Origin: Nitrospinota bacterium
GTDB taxonomy: Bacteria; Nitrospinota; Nitrospinia; Nitrospinales; VA-1
Direction: 5' to 3'
DNA: 64,000 bases
Assembly: GCA_009873655.1 (NCBI GenBank)
Contig: WAIB01000010.1
Location: 9,078 to 73,077, forward strand
Below are positions 10,530-18,608 of this stretch, piece by piece. Position numbers and translations under genes: made by a program. Position 1 is the first letter of the stretch. Each line of letters opens with the position of its first letter. The notes below the pieces were generated by a model that searched no databases, had not been told where the DNA came from, and saw only the letters and a program-made list of their open reading frames with translations.

Positions 10530-10642
10530 ACAGTACTTTTTCTCCTCCTTTCTGGGGGTACGGATTTGGTTCCAAGGCCAGGTTCTACCCCCATATCCTC
10601 CACATTTGGGGAACAGACAGCGTCTGTTCCCCTTTTGTTTTT
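10530..10642 (+). ncRNA. Candidate small regulatory RNA with anti-SD motifs
   Basis: TAGAAT -10-like box at 10520-10525; CTCCTCCTT; a long stem-loop at 10553-10593 whose five G-U pairs form only on the + strand; TCCTCC; terminator at 10608-10642. The 5' end is approximate. Confidence 0.5.
10608..10642 (+). terminator. Rho-independent terminator
   Basis: 11-bp perfect stem GGGGAACAGAC / GTCTGTTCCCC followed by TTTTGTTTTT. Confidence 0.8.
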
Positions 10643-10914
10643 ATAGAATTCCCCAATCCACCCATTAAAAAATAAATCTTTATTAATTAACTAGTTAAGG
10701 ATCCAGACCGGGGGGAAACTGAATAAAACACAACGAAACAAAGGTTTATATTTCAGGCCATTTAAGATACAATCTGGATTCCGTTGAAATGGAAACAAAA
10801 AATTAATTTAAATTATTTGCCTCCGGGGATTTTTAAAATTGCCCTGACAGGCAAAAATCGGGATTTCGCGCCGGCATCCCTTTCCAAAGAAAGGTGCAGG
10901 GTAGAAAGATAAAT

Positions 10915-11496
10915 ATGGGAAAAAAATCAAAATACAATCTGGTTTGGATGGATTGTGAAATGACCGGGCTTGATGTTGAAAAAGAGGTCCTCATAGAAAT
11001 TGCCACCCTGATTACAGACAGCGAATTGAATGTATTGGAAGAAGGACCCTGCATCGCCATCCACCAGAGAAACGAAATCCTCGAGAAAATGGATGAATGG
11101 AATACCAAACATCACAATGCATCCGGCCTGGTGAAAAGAGTCCAGGAATCATTGATCAGTGAAGCGGAAGCAGAGAAAAAAACCCTGGCTTTTATTAAAA
11201 AATATTGTCCAAAGGGAACCTCCCCCTTATGCGGAAATTCCATACATCAAGACCGTAAATTTCTCCAAAAATATATGCCGGAAATGCATGATTATTTTCA
11301 TTACCGGAGCATTGATGTAACTTCAATAAAAGAGTTGGTAAACAGGTGGTATCCCACCGGACCCAAATTCCCCAAAAAAAGTCAGGAACATGTGGCATTG
11401 ATAGATATCCGGGAATCTTTACAGGAGTTGATTTTTTATCGGGAAAATTATTTTATTCCTCAGGAAGCCGGTGTTCCGGAATCCACTCCCATTTAA
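10915..11496 (+). CDS. orn: Oligoribonuclease
   Basis: DEDDh motifs LVWMDCEMTGLD, LCGNSIHQDRKFL, FHYRSIDVTSIKEL, H.ALIDIRES. ATG 10915 is preferred over GTG 10894. Confidence 0.95.
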   Translation: MGKKSKYNLVWMDCEMTGLDVEKEVLIEIATLITDSELNVLEEGPCIAIHQRNEILEKMDEWNTKHHNASGLVKRVQESLISEAEAEKKTLAFIKKYCPKGTSPLCGNSIHQDRKFLQKYMPEMHDYFHYRSIDVTSIKELVNRWYPTGPKFPKKSQEHVALIDIRESLQELIFYRENYFIPQEAGVPESTPI

Positions 11497-11504
11497 TTTC
11501 AAAC

Positions 11505-11774
11505 ATGAATAAAGGCGCAATTATAACAATCGGATTTTTGCTATTGGTTGCAAGCGTTTCCATAGACCTGCTTTGGACGGGGAACAAATACCAGTGCGAA
11601 ATCTGCGTAAAATACAAAGATCAAATTGTCTGTCAAAAAGTGAAAGGGATGGAAAAAAAGGATACCATCATGACAGGCATCAGCACCGCTTGCGGAGCGG
11701 TGGCAAACGGCATGACCGAATCTATCGAATGCCAGGCCCAACCTCTTGAAAAAATGGTCTGCGAGGACATCTAG
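11505..11774 (+). CDS. Small membrane-anchored or secreted six-cysteine hypothetical protein (89 aa)
   Basis: ATG at 11505, 8 nt after the orn stop; hydrophobic N-terminus GAIITIGFLLLVASVSI; CEIC plus four further Cys. Confidence 0.65.
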   Translation: MNKGAIITIGFLLLVASVSIDLLWTGNKYQCEICVKYKDQIVCQKVKGMEKKDTIMTGISTACGAVANGMTESIECQAQPLEKMVCEDI

Positions 11775-11790
11775 CCCCACTAGCGTGGGG
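11775..11790. repeat. Short palindromic hairpin CCCCAC-TAGC-GTGGGG; apparent empty site for the 39-nt element
   Basis: Perfect 6-bp stem. The core CCCACTAGCGTGGG is the same 14-mer obtained at 15466-15518 when 15474-15512 is removed. Confidence 0.55.
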
Positions 11791-11832
11791 AGGCAACGAG
11801 CCCCTTGAACAATTTACAGCTTTTGAAAATCA

Positions 11833-11940
11833 CCCTCACCCAAATCTTCCAGGAAGCTTTAAGTCCCTTCTCCCCTGGAGGGCGTTAAATTTTACCTTTG
11901 GCTTCGTGCCCCGCAGGGGTAAGAAGGCCGGGATGAGGGG
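11833..11940. repeat. REP-like intergenic palindromic element (CCCTCACCC...CCTTCTCCC-loop-GGGAGAAGG..GGGATGAGGG type), interrupted by a 39-nt insert
   Basis: Outer arms CCCTCACCC (11833) and GGGATGAGGG (11930-11939). The inner 9-bp hairpin CCTTCTCCC/GGGAGAAGG is perfect once 11883-11921 is removed. Confidence 0.6.
11883..11921 (+). mobile_element. 39-nt miniature insertion, copy A
   Basis: CGTTAAATTTTACCTTTGGCTTCGTGCCCCGCAGGGGTA is 28/39 identical, ungapped, to the reverse complement of 15474-15512. It splits a hairpin and has no target-site duplication. Confidence 0.55.
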
Positions 11941-11989
11941 GTATGCAGTTGAACCCATTCTTTACTTATGGATTCATAAAATTTCCGCG

Positions 11990-12700
11990 CTATTCGGCGC
12001 AAATGAGGTCGTAGACCTGCTGGTATTTTTCTTCAACCCTTCCCAGGTCAAAACGAAAACGGTCTTTGTCCATTTTTTCGTTGGTTTCCCAATCCCATAA
12101 CCGGCATCCATCGGGACTGATTTCATCACCCAGGAGCACTTCGCCTTTATGTCGGCCGAACTCCAGCTTGAAATCGACCAGTCTTATTTTTCGTTCCTTA
12201 AAAAACTCCACCATCAGTTTATTGACCCTGAGTCCTGCCGACTTCAAAATCTCAACCTCTTCTTTGGTGGCCCAGCCGAAAACGTCAACATGACATTCGT
12301 TGATCATGGGATCGCCTAAAGGATCACTTTTGTAAAAGAACTCCATAACGGGTTGCTCATCAAAAATCCTTCCTTCTTCGATGCCCAACCGCTTGCACAA
12401 ACCTCCTGCTGCGACATTTCTAAGTACCACTTCTACGGGAATTATCTCGAGGTTTTTTACCAGCATTTCCCTGTCATTGAGGGATTTTACAAAATGTGTT
12501 TTCACCCCGTTTTCTTCCAGGTATTCAAATATACGACTGGATATATGGTTGTTCATCACCCCTTTATCGACGATCGTCCCCTTTTTTTTCCCATTAAATG
12601 CGCTCGCATCGTCCTTAAAATACTGAATCAACAAATCCGGGTCAGAGGTTTTGTGCAAAATTTTTGCCTTGCCTTCATAAATCTTTTCTAGTTTTTCCAT
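11990..12700 (-). CDS. purC: Phosphoribosylaminoimidazole-succinocarboxamide synthase
   Basis: Motifs YEGKAK, FKDDASAFNG, IPVEVVLRN, LVDFKLEFG, DEISPDGCRLWD, DKDRFR. Confidence 0.97.
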   Translation of the reverse strand: MEKLEKIYEGKAKILHKTSDPDLLIQYFKDDASAFNGKKKGTIVDKGVMNNHISSRIFEYLEENGVKTHFVKSLNDREMLVKNLEIIPVEVVLRNVAAGGLCKRLGIEEGRIFDEQPVMEFFYKSDPLGDPMINECHVDVFGWATKEEVEILKSAGLRVNKLMVEFFKERKIRLVDFKLEFGRHKGEVLLGDEISPDGCRLWDWETNEKMDKDRFRFDLGRVEEKYQQVYDLICAE

Positions 12701-12710
12701 AACAATCTCT

Positions 12711-14006
12711 TTAACTTTTAAAGATCCGGTTAAAAATGATATTTATATTTTTGAATTGAGCTTTCAAGTTAAATATCTTATCGATCTCCTGCTCAGTCAT
12801 TAATTCGCGGATTTTTTTATCTTTTTTAAGCAGCTTTAAAAAATTTGTTCCTTTGGTCCAGGATTGCATCGCATTTTTCTGAACCAGCCGGTAAGCTTCT
12901 TCGCGGGTGATGCCTTTATCGACCAATGACAGTAATACACTTTGGGAAAAAATCAGGCCTTCTGTCTTTTCCAGATTGCGCATCATGTTTTCCGGATAAA
13001 CAATCAAACGCTCCATCATTGTTGTCATTTTCCTTAACATATAATGGATGAGAATGGTACTGTCGGGCCCAATTACCCTTTCCACTGAAGAGTGGCTGAT
13101 ATCCCTTTCGTGCCAGAGCGGCATGTTTTCAAGGGCCGCAAACGCATTTGCCCGGACGATTCGCGCCAGGCCGCACATTTGTTCCGACACCACGGGATTT
13201 CTTTTATGAGGCATGGCAGAAGACCCTTTTTGTCCACTCGAAAAAAATTCTTCCGCCTCCAGAACTTCGGTTCTTTGAAGATGCCGGATTTCCGTCGCGA
13301 TTTTATCAATGGTACCGGCAACAATCGCCAAAGTGGTAAAAAATTCTGCGTGCCGGTCTCGTTGAATAATCTGTGTCGAAACCGGTGCTGGTTTTAATCC
13401 CAGCTTGGAACACACATATTTTTCCACCTCCGGGTGTATGCAGGCAAATGTTCCAACCGCACCTGAGATTTGACCGTAGGAAATACTTTGCCGGGCGCGC
13501 TTCACTCTCTCAATGTTGCGTCCTACTTCTTCATACCAGTTTGCCACCTTCAGCCCAAAAGTAAGAGGCTCGGCATGGATTCCATGAGAACGGCCCATGG
13601 TCGGGGTCATTTTATGTTTCAAAGCCTGGGTTTTCAAAGCTCCCTGAAAAGCCTTTAGTTCCTTTAAAATAAGAGTGGAAGCCTGCTTCAACTGGACTGC
13701 CAATGCCGTGTCGAGCACATCCGAAGAAGTCATACCCAGGTGCATATAGCGGGCCGAGTCTCCCACGTATTCCGCAACGCATGTGAGAAAAGCGATGACG
13801 TCATGCTTGACTTCCCTTTCAATTTCATCAATACGCTCTACCTTGAAATCAGATTTTTCCTGAATATCTTTTAAAGCGGATTTGGGAATTTCCCCGCGCT
13901 TCGCCAATGCTTCACACGCAAGAATTTCAATTTTCAACCAGATTTTAAATTTGTTCTGCGGCTCCCAGATGGAAGCCATTTCGGGAAGTGTGTAACGTGG
14001 AATCAA
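12711..14006 (-). CDS. purB: Adenylosuccinate lyase
   Basis: Signature GSSAMPHKRNP, HLGMTSSD, GRSHGIHAEP. The likely start is TTG 14006 (MIPRY..., 431 aa) rather than 14096. Confidence 0.95.
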   Translation of the reverse strand: MIPRYTLPEMASIWEPQNKFKIWLKIEILACEALAKRGEIPKSALKDIQEKSDFKVERIDEIEREVKHDVIAFLTCVAEYVGDSARYMHLGMTSSDVLDTALAVQLKQASTLILKELKAFQGALKTQALKHKMTPTMGRSHGIHAEPLTFGLKVANWYEEVGRNIERVKRARQSISYGQISGAVGTFACIHPEVEKYVCSKLGLKPAPVSTQIIQRDRHAEFFTTLAIVAGTIDKIATEIRHLQRTEVLEAEEFFSSGQKGSSAMPHKRNPVVSEQMCGLARIVRANAFAALENMPLWHERDISHSSVERVIGPDSTILIHYMLRKMTTMMERLIVYPENMMRNLEKTEGLIFSQSVLLSLVDKGITREEAYRLVQKNAMQSWTKGTNFLKLLKKDKKIRELMTEQEIDKIFNLKAQFKNINIIFNRIFKS

Positions 14007-14115
14007 AATAAAATACCCCAAAAAAGGAAATAATCCCGAAAAGACGAAGGGAAAATTCATTAATATGATATAAATGCCCGAATATATTAAACACAAATTT
14101 CTGGTAAATCAATAA

Positions 14116-14604
14116 ATGAACACAACATTACATGTTTGCTTTGTATGTCATGGAAATATTTGCCGTTCCCCGCTTGCGCAGGGGGTAATGGAAACACTGG
14201 TAAAACAAGAGGGAATGGAAAAATCCATCCTGGTCAGTTCGGCAGGGGTCAGCGGATGGCATGTTGGCGAACCGCCTGACAACCGGATGCAGGCGACCGC
14301 CCAAAAACACGGGGTGACACTCAACAGCCGGGCACGTCATTTTCAAGCACACGATTTTAAACAAATTGACCTGGTTTTAGCCATGGACCATAGCAATCAC
14401 GAAACTCTAAGGGCGATGCGGCCATTGACGGAAACACGAGACAAACTTTATTTGTTCCGAAAATTTGATCCCAATAATAAAGGCGACCTGGAAGTCCCCG
14501 ATCCTTATTATGGCGATGGGAGAGGATTCGAACTTGTTTTTGAAATGGTTGAAAGAACCTGCCCGAAAATTCTGGATCATTTAAAAACAATGCTCCAGAT
14601 ATGA
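14116..14604 (+). CDS. Low-molecular-weight protein-tyrosine phosphatase
   Basis: P-loop VCHGNICRS and DPYY; ATGA overlap with the next gene. Confidence 0.92.
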   Translation: MNTTLHVCFVCHGNICRSPLAQGVMETLVKQEGMEKSILVSSAGVSGWHVGEPPDNRMQATAQKHGVTLNSRARHFQAHDFKQIDLVLAMDHSNHETLRAMRPLTETRDKLYLFRKFDPNNKGDLEVPDPYYGDGRGFELVFEMVERTCPKILDHLKTMLQI

Positions 14605-15473
14605 AAGATGAAATCAACAAATTACTGGAACCCCTGCTGGGAGCCACCGTAAAATCCACTTACTCAACGGGAGGGGGAAGCATCAATCAAACACAGGTAC
14701 TGGAATTAACCAATGGGGAACGGGTTTTCATGAAGCATAATTCGAATCCCCCTACCGATTTTTTTTTAGCTGAAGTAAAGGGCCTTCGCCTTCTCGCACA
14801 GGCTGAGAACGGACCGAGAATTCCCAAACCCATTGCTCTTCAATCCGGCTCACGTCCCACTTTCCTTATAATGGAGTACCTCGAAAATTCCAGCGAAAGC
14901 AAAAATTTTTCTGACCGGCTTGCCCGGGCTCTCGCCGAACTCCACCGAATAAGTCAGGATCATTTTGGACTGGACCATGATAATTTTATAGGCAGCACCC
15001 CGCAAAAGAATGACCTCGAAAAGGATGGAATCGTTTTTTTTCGAGACCAGAGAATTGAGTTTCAGAGGCAACTCGCTCGAAAGGCGGGCCTTCTGCCTGC
15101 TGCCATCGACAAAAAAATCGATTCACTTTGTGAGAATTTAAACCGGTATATGGATACCACTGGAGAAAAACCCGCACTGATGCATGGAGACCTTTGGTCC
15201 GGAAATTATTTCCCAGACTCAAAAGGGAACCCCTGCATATTTGATCCTGCGGTGTATTATGGGTTGCGCGAGGCAGATATAGCGATGACAGAACTTTTTG
15301 GCAGGTTACCGCAAAGGTTTTACGATGCGTACCATGAAGCTTTTCCCATGAATCCCGGTTACCCGGAAAGAAAAGACTTGTACAATCTCTACCATTTATT
15401 GAACCACCTGAACCTCTTTGGCGGTTCTTATTTGTCTTCCGTGCAACAAGCGGTCAACCGGTATGCCCACTAG
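14601..15473 (+). CDS. Fructosamine/ribulosamine 3-kinase family protein
   Basis: Motifs GGGSIN, FGLDHDNFIGSTPQ, LMHGDLWSGN, FDPAVYYG.RE.D.AM, LYHLLNHLNLFG. Confidence 0.92.
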   Translation: MKDEINKLLEPLLGATVKSTYSTGGGSINQTQVLELTNGERVFMKHNSNPPTDFFLAEVKGLRLLAQAENGPRIPKPIALQSGSRPTFLIMEYLENSSESKNFSDRLARALAELHRISQDHFGLDHDNFIGSTPQKNDLEKDGIVFFRDQRIEFQRQLARKAGLLPAAIDKKIDSLCENLNRYMDTTGEKPALMHGDLWSGNYFPDSKGNPCIFDPAVYYGLREADIAMTELFGRLPQRFYDAYHEAFPMNPGYPERKDLYNLYHLLNHLNLFGGSYLSSVQQAVNRYAH

Positions 15474-15512
15474 TACCCCTACGGGGCATGAAGGCTAAGG
15501 AAGCCTACAACA
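15474..15512 (-). mobile_element. 39-nt miniature insertion, copy B
   Basis: Reverse complement TGTTGTAGGCTTCCTTAGCCTTCATGCCCCGTAGGGGTA. It sits inside CCCACTAG|CGTGGG, directly after the kinase stop codon. Confidence 0.55.
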
Positions 15513-15619
15513 CGTGGGTGGCAGAAAGGCCACGGATAATAAATTTTTGGGAATTTTAAGAGGCAAAACAATGTTGTCGGTCTATTTGGGTATCGACCTG
15601 CTGGCCCTGCGCCTGGCAG

Positions 15620-16378
15620 TTAGAAGCCGCCCCCGATTTTGGCAATAAAGGTATTCAGCTCCCTTTCAACGGGACCGTCCCAGTTTTTCTTTTCTTCCGC
15701 TAAGGTGGTCAACACCGACTTACCTTCGCTGATTTCCATCGCATCCGCAATGCTGACCAGAATTCGGGTACCGTACCTTTCCACCAGTTCGTGTTCTTCC
15801 GCCGCTCGAAATGCCACCTTGGAACCAAGGATCATGGCCCATGCCTGGATGACAGCCACCTGGGTGGATTCTCTAAAACGCAGGGATTCAAGCTCTTCCA
15901 TATAAGTTTCCGCATCGATTTCCCCGCTTTCAAATTTTTCAATCAATTGCTGCAAGCTCTCTTCCTTGGAATCAACTTTTTGAAAAATATATTCAAAAAA
16001 TTTGGCTTCAAATTTTTTGAGTTCCCCCATGTTCCAGGGGCACCTGAAATCCAACTCCACATCACTGGTGGTTTTTCTGGCTTCTCTTTCAATTTTATAA
16101 AGACAATCCGGACACCTTTTGCCCGAATCATGACTGAATTCACCGCCACAATGACAGGCAGCCAAAACCGTTTGAAAAGCCAGGGCCAGGGCTTCTCCCT
16201 TCAGGCCCAAAACTTTACGGAAGGCCACTCTCACCGGATTCGCGCGTGAAACGCTCAAATGGTTGGAGCAACTGGAACAGTATATGGCATAGGTGGTTTT
16301 ATCTTCCTCCGGCTCAATCAACGGCTCAAAGACCTCGGGACAAAGAATGCATTGAACCTCTTTTTGAAAAGTATCCAC
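15620..16378 (-). CDS. Hypothetical protein with N-terminal Cys pairs (probable Zn-binding) and an acidic helical C-terminus
   Basis: CILC, CSSC, CHC and CPDC in a 252-aa ORF with a GTG start. Confidence 0.7.
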   Translation of the reverse strand: MDTFQKEVQCILCPEVFEPLIEPEEDKTTYAIYCSSCSNHLSVSRANPVRVAFRKVLGLKGEALALAFQTVLAACHCGGEFSHDSGKRCPDCLYKIEREARKTTSDVELDFRCPWNMGELKKFEAKFFEYIFQKVDSKEESLQQLIEKFESGEIDAETYMEELESLRFRESTQVAVIQAWAMILGSKVAFRAAEEHELVERYGTRILVSIADAMEISEGKSVLTTLAEEKKNWDGPVERELNTFIAKIGGGF

Positions 16379-16480
16379 GGTAAAAGTTTTCGTTAATGTT
16401 TAATAATAGATCCAGACTTTATTATTGGATGAAAAATAATCCCCCAAGTTCCAAAAAACAAGCCGCCCGCTACTGATGGC

Positions 16481-16512
16481 AAAAAAAAACCCATGGCTGA
16501 AAGCCATGGGTT
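16481..16512 (-). terminator. Rho-independent terminator of the oxidoreductase operon
   Basis: 11-bp stem AACCCATGGCT/AGCCATGGGTT with an A9 tract on + (U-tract on -), 21 nt after the ferredoxin-subunit stop. Confidence 0.85.
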
Positions 16513-16533
16513 GAAACTTTTTTGCGGAGCAAA

Positions 16534-16815
16534 CTAGCCGGAATAGGCTTGACCCAGATCTGCGGTTTCAGATTCCTTACCCCCCTTAATAACCTTGCCC
16601 GTAGTCGGGTCAACAGGGAACATCGTAATGGCATTATGGGTACTGCATACGACCTTGCATAAATCACAACCCTTGCAGCGAGGCTCAATTACGAGGGCTT
16701 TCGTCGTTGATTCATCCAATAAAATACAGTCGGCTTCGGGACAGTACATAATGCACAGTCGGCAACCCTTTTCAGCGATACATTTTTCGTTATCAACCCA
16801 CGCTACGTTATACAC
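16534..16815 (-). CDS. forE: 2-oxoacid:ferredoxin oxidoreductase, ferredoxin-like 2x[4Fe-4S] (epsilon) subunit
   Basis: CIAEKGCRLCIMYCP and CKGCDLCKVVC; AGGAG RBS before the GTG start; last gene of the D-A-B-G-E cluster. Confidence 0.8.
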   Translation of the reverse strand: MYNVAWVDNEKCIAEKGCRLCIMYCPEADCILLDESTTKALVIEPRCKGCDLCKVVCSTHNAITMFPVDPTTGKVIKGGKESETADLGQAYSG

Positions 16816-16941
16816 TTGAACAATCTCCTAATCTAAAAATAATTAAACCCCACAAGTGGGGGTTTAATTCCCCGCAGCTTGCCGCATTTATGAAAAACCT
16901 TGAACCAGATTGCAATCCTACCGAGTGCAGCCTGTTTTTTG

Positions 16942-17628
16942 TTAGACGGTTATCAAATTCAGATTTTCCTGCTTTTCTGCCCACTCAGAAGACATTTTGT
17001 AGGACTCTGTAATACATTCCAAATTAGCCTTGAGCAGCATTTCTTTCTTGGCGTATTTCTTTTTAATTGCTTCGTCAAGTGTAGCCGTACCCCCTGACGC
17101 AACATACCTTTTTCCAAAGCGGTCCTGAAGGGCTCCATCCAAGGCTTCCAGACTCACTACTTTGGTCACCCCGGCACAGGCACCGATCATCGCCATGTTG
17201 GTAGAAAGCTCGGTTTTCCCGATTTCCAGGGCCAGTTTGGTGGCATCGTGATTGAGCACTGCGACATTAAGAGCCTCCAACCGCTGGTGGTCCTCTTCGG
17301 ACAACAGGTCATCACTCGTGTTAATAATGACGATTCCATTTTCTTTAATACCAGAGTAAAACGGCGCCGTGTAGCTCTTCTGCATGGTAATAACCTGGGG
17401 GTGGAAGACCATAATGACGTCCGGGTAAACCAGCTCACCCCGGTCATAAATGCGTTCCGTCCCAATCCTGGCATAACTTTCTGCAGGAGCCATTCGCTTT
17501 TCAGCTCCAAAAAAAGGATTAGAAATAGAGTACTTCCCATCCTTATTTGCTGCCATGGCCAGAAGATGCGCCGCTGTTACCGCACCCTGACCTCCTAATC
17601 CGGAAATTCGGATATTCATCCTGCTCAT
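16942..17628 (-). CDS. forG: 2-oxoacid:ferredoxin oxidoreductase gamma subunit
   Basis: Motifs IRISGLGGQGAVT, FFGAEKR, NMAMIGA. Confidence 0.85.
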   Translation of the reverse strand: MSRMNIRISGLGGQGAVTAAHLLAMAANKDGKYSISNPFFGAEKRMAPAESYARIGTERIYDRGELVYPDVIMVFHPQVITMQKSYTAPFYSGIKENGIVIINTSDDLLSEEDHQRLEALNVAVLNHDATKLALEIGKTELSTNMAMIGACAGVTKVVSLEALDGALQDRFGKRYVASGGTATLDEAIKKKYAKKEMLLKANLECITESYKMSSEWAEKQENLNLITV

Positions 17629-17648
17629 AGTATTTCTACTCCTATTTC

Positions 17649-18554
17649 TTAAGCGTTAACCGGCTTTTTTGCTTTAGCCGCTTTTTTTCTTGCTTTGGTT
17701 TCTTCTTTTATAGAATCAAGAAGTTTCTGCGCTTCTTCTGTGATGTACTCTTTTTGAACAAAACGGCCGCCAATGGATTCGGACTCTTTCATCTCATCCA
17801 GACCTTCCATACTCTGTTTACCAATTTCAAGAATACACGGAGTATAAAGCTGAACAAATGTGGGGCCTACTTCGCGCGCTACATAAATAGCGTTTTTGAT
17901 AGCCTGCTCAACTCGATTAGGCTTACTGACGGTCAACAGAGCGACATAAGCACAACCCGCTTCGCGTGCAATTTCCGGCAGTCGAACTTTTTCAAAGTTC
18001 TTTCCGTTGGGGGCCATTTTGGCAACAAACCCTTTTTGCATCAAACCACTTTCCTGGCCACCCGTATTCGCGTAAAGCTCATTGTCAAAACAAATGGTGG
18101 TGAATTTTTCCTGACGGAACCAGGACTGCATGGTCATGTCCAGCCCGATATCAACGGTAGCACCGTCACCCGCCAGAACCACGACATCTTTTTCAACATC
18201 GGGGAACCGGGCTTTCAATGTCCGCTTCAAACCCGATGCAATGGCGTTCTGGTTGCCAAACAAAGAGTGGATGTTGTGCACCGCAACATGAGGGAAAACC
18301 AGACTGGTACAGCCTGTCGAACCCACAAACACGGTATCTTCCGGCGCTGGCAAGCTGGCCAGAATATAACGGAAAGCGATGGACTCGGGGCAACCGGCAC
18401 ACAAAGAATGCTGTTCGATCAACTCTTTGGAAGAACCGATGTCTTTCCAGCCACGATCCTGATTACCGAAGGTCGCTGTTTCAACCAGCTCCTGATATTC
18501 CGGCGGCATGATATCAGCCAAATCCTCACATAAAACAATCTTTTCCTTGCTCAT
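17649..18554 (-). CDS. forB: 2-oxoacid:ferredoxin oxidoreductase beta (ThDP-binding) subunit
   Basis: Motifs LCAGCPE, TGC, GDG...DNELYANTGGQ, YTPC. Confidence 0.87.
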   Translation of the reverse strand: MSKEKIVLCEDLADIMPPEYQELVETATFGNQDRGWKDIGSSKELIEQHSLCAGCPESIAFRYILASLPAPEDTVFVGSTGCTSLVFPHVAVHNIHSLFGNQNAIASGLKRTLKARFPDVEKDVVVLAGDGATVDIGLDMTMQSWFRQEKFTTICFDNELYANTGGQESGLMQKGFVAKMAPNGKNFEKVRLPEIAREAGCAYVALLTVSKPNRVEQAIKNAIYVAREVGPTFVQLYTPCILEIGKQSMEGLDEMKESESIGGRFVQKEYITEEAQKLLDSIKEETKARKKAAKAKKPVNA

Positions 18555-18608
18555 AAATTCCCCTTTAAATTTAATTCCCGTACGGGAAAGACGACTTAGT
18601 TGATAAAT

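Noticed and set aside
11346-11504. N-terminal part of the 142-aa ORF overlapping orn
   Set aside because: It overlaps orn in another frame. ATG 11505 gives a clean membrane-anchored protein.
14007-14096. 30-aa hydrophobic N-terminal extension of PurB
   Set aside because: The conserved PurB start (MIPRY) corresponds to TTG 14006. The extension runs through the divergent promoter region.
11883-15512. The two 39-nt elements as CRISPR repeats
   Set aside because: Only two copies, 3.5 kb apart, in opposite orientation, 28/39 identical, with no spacers and no cas genes.
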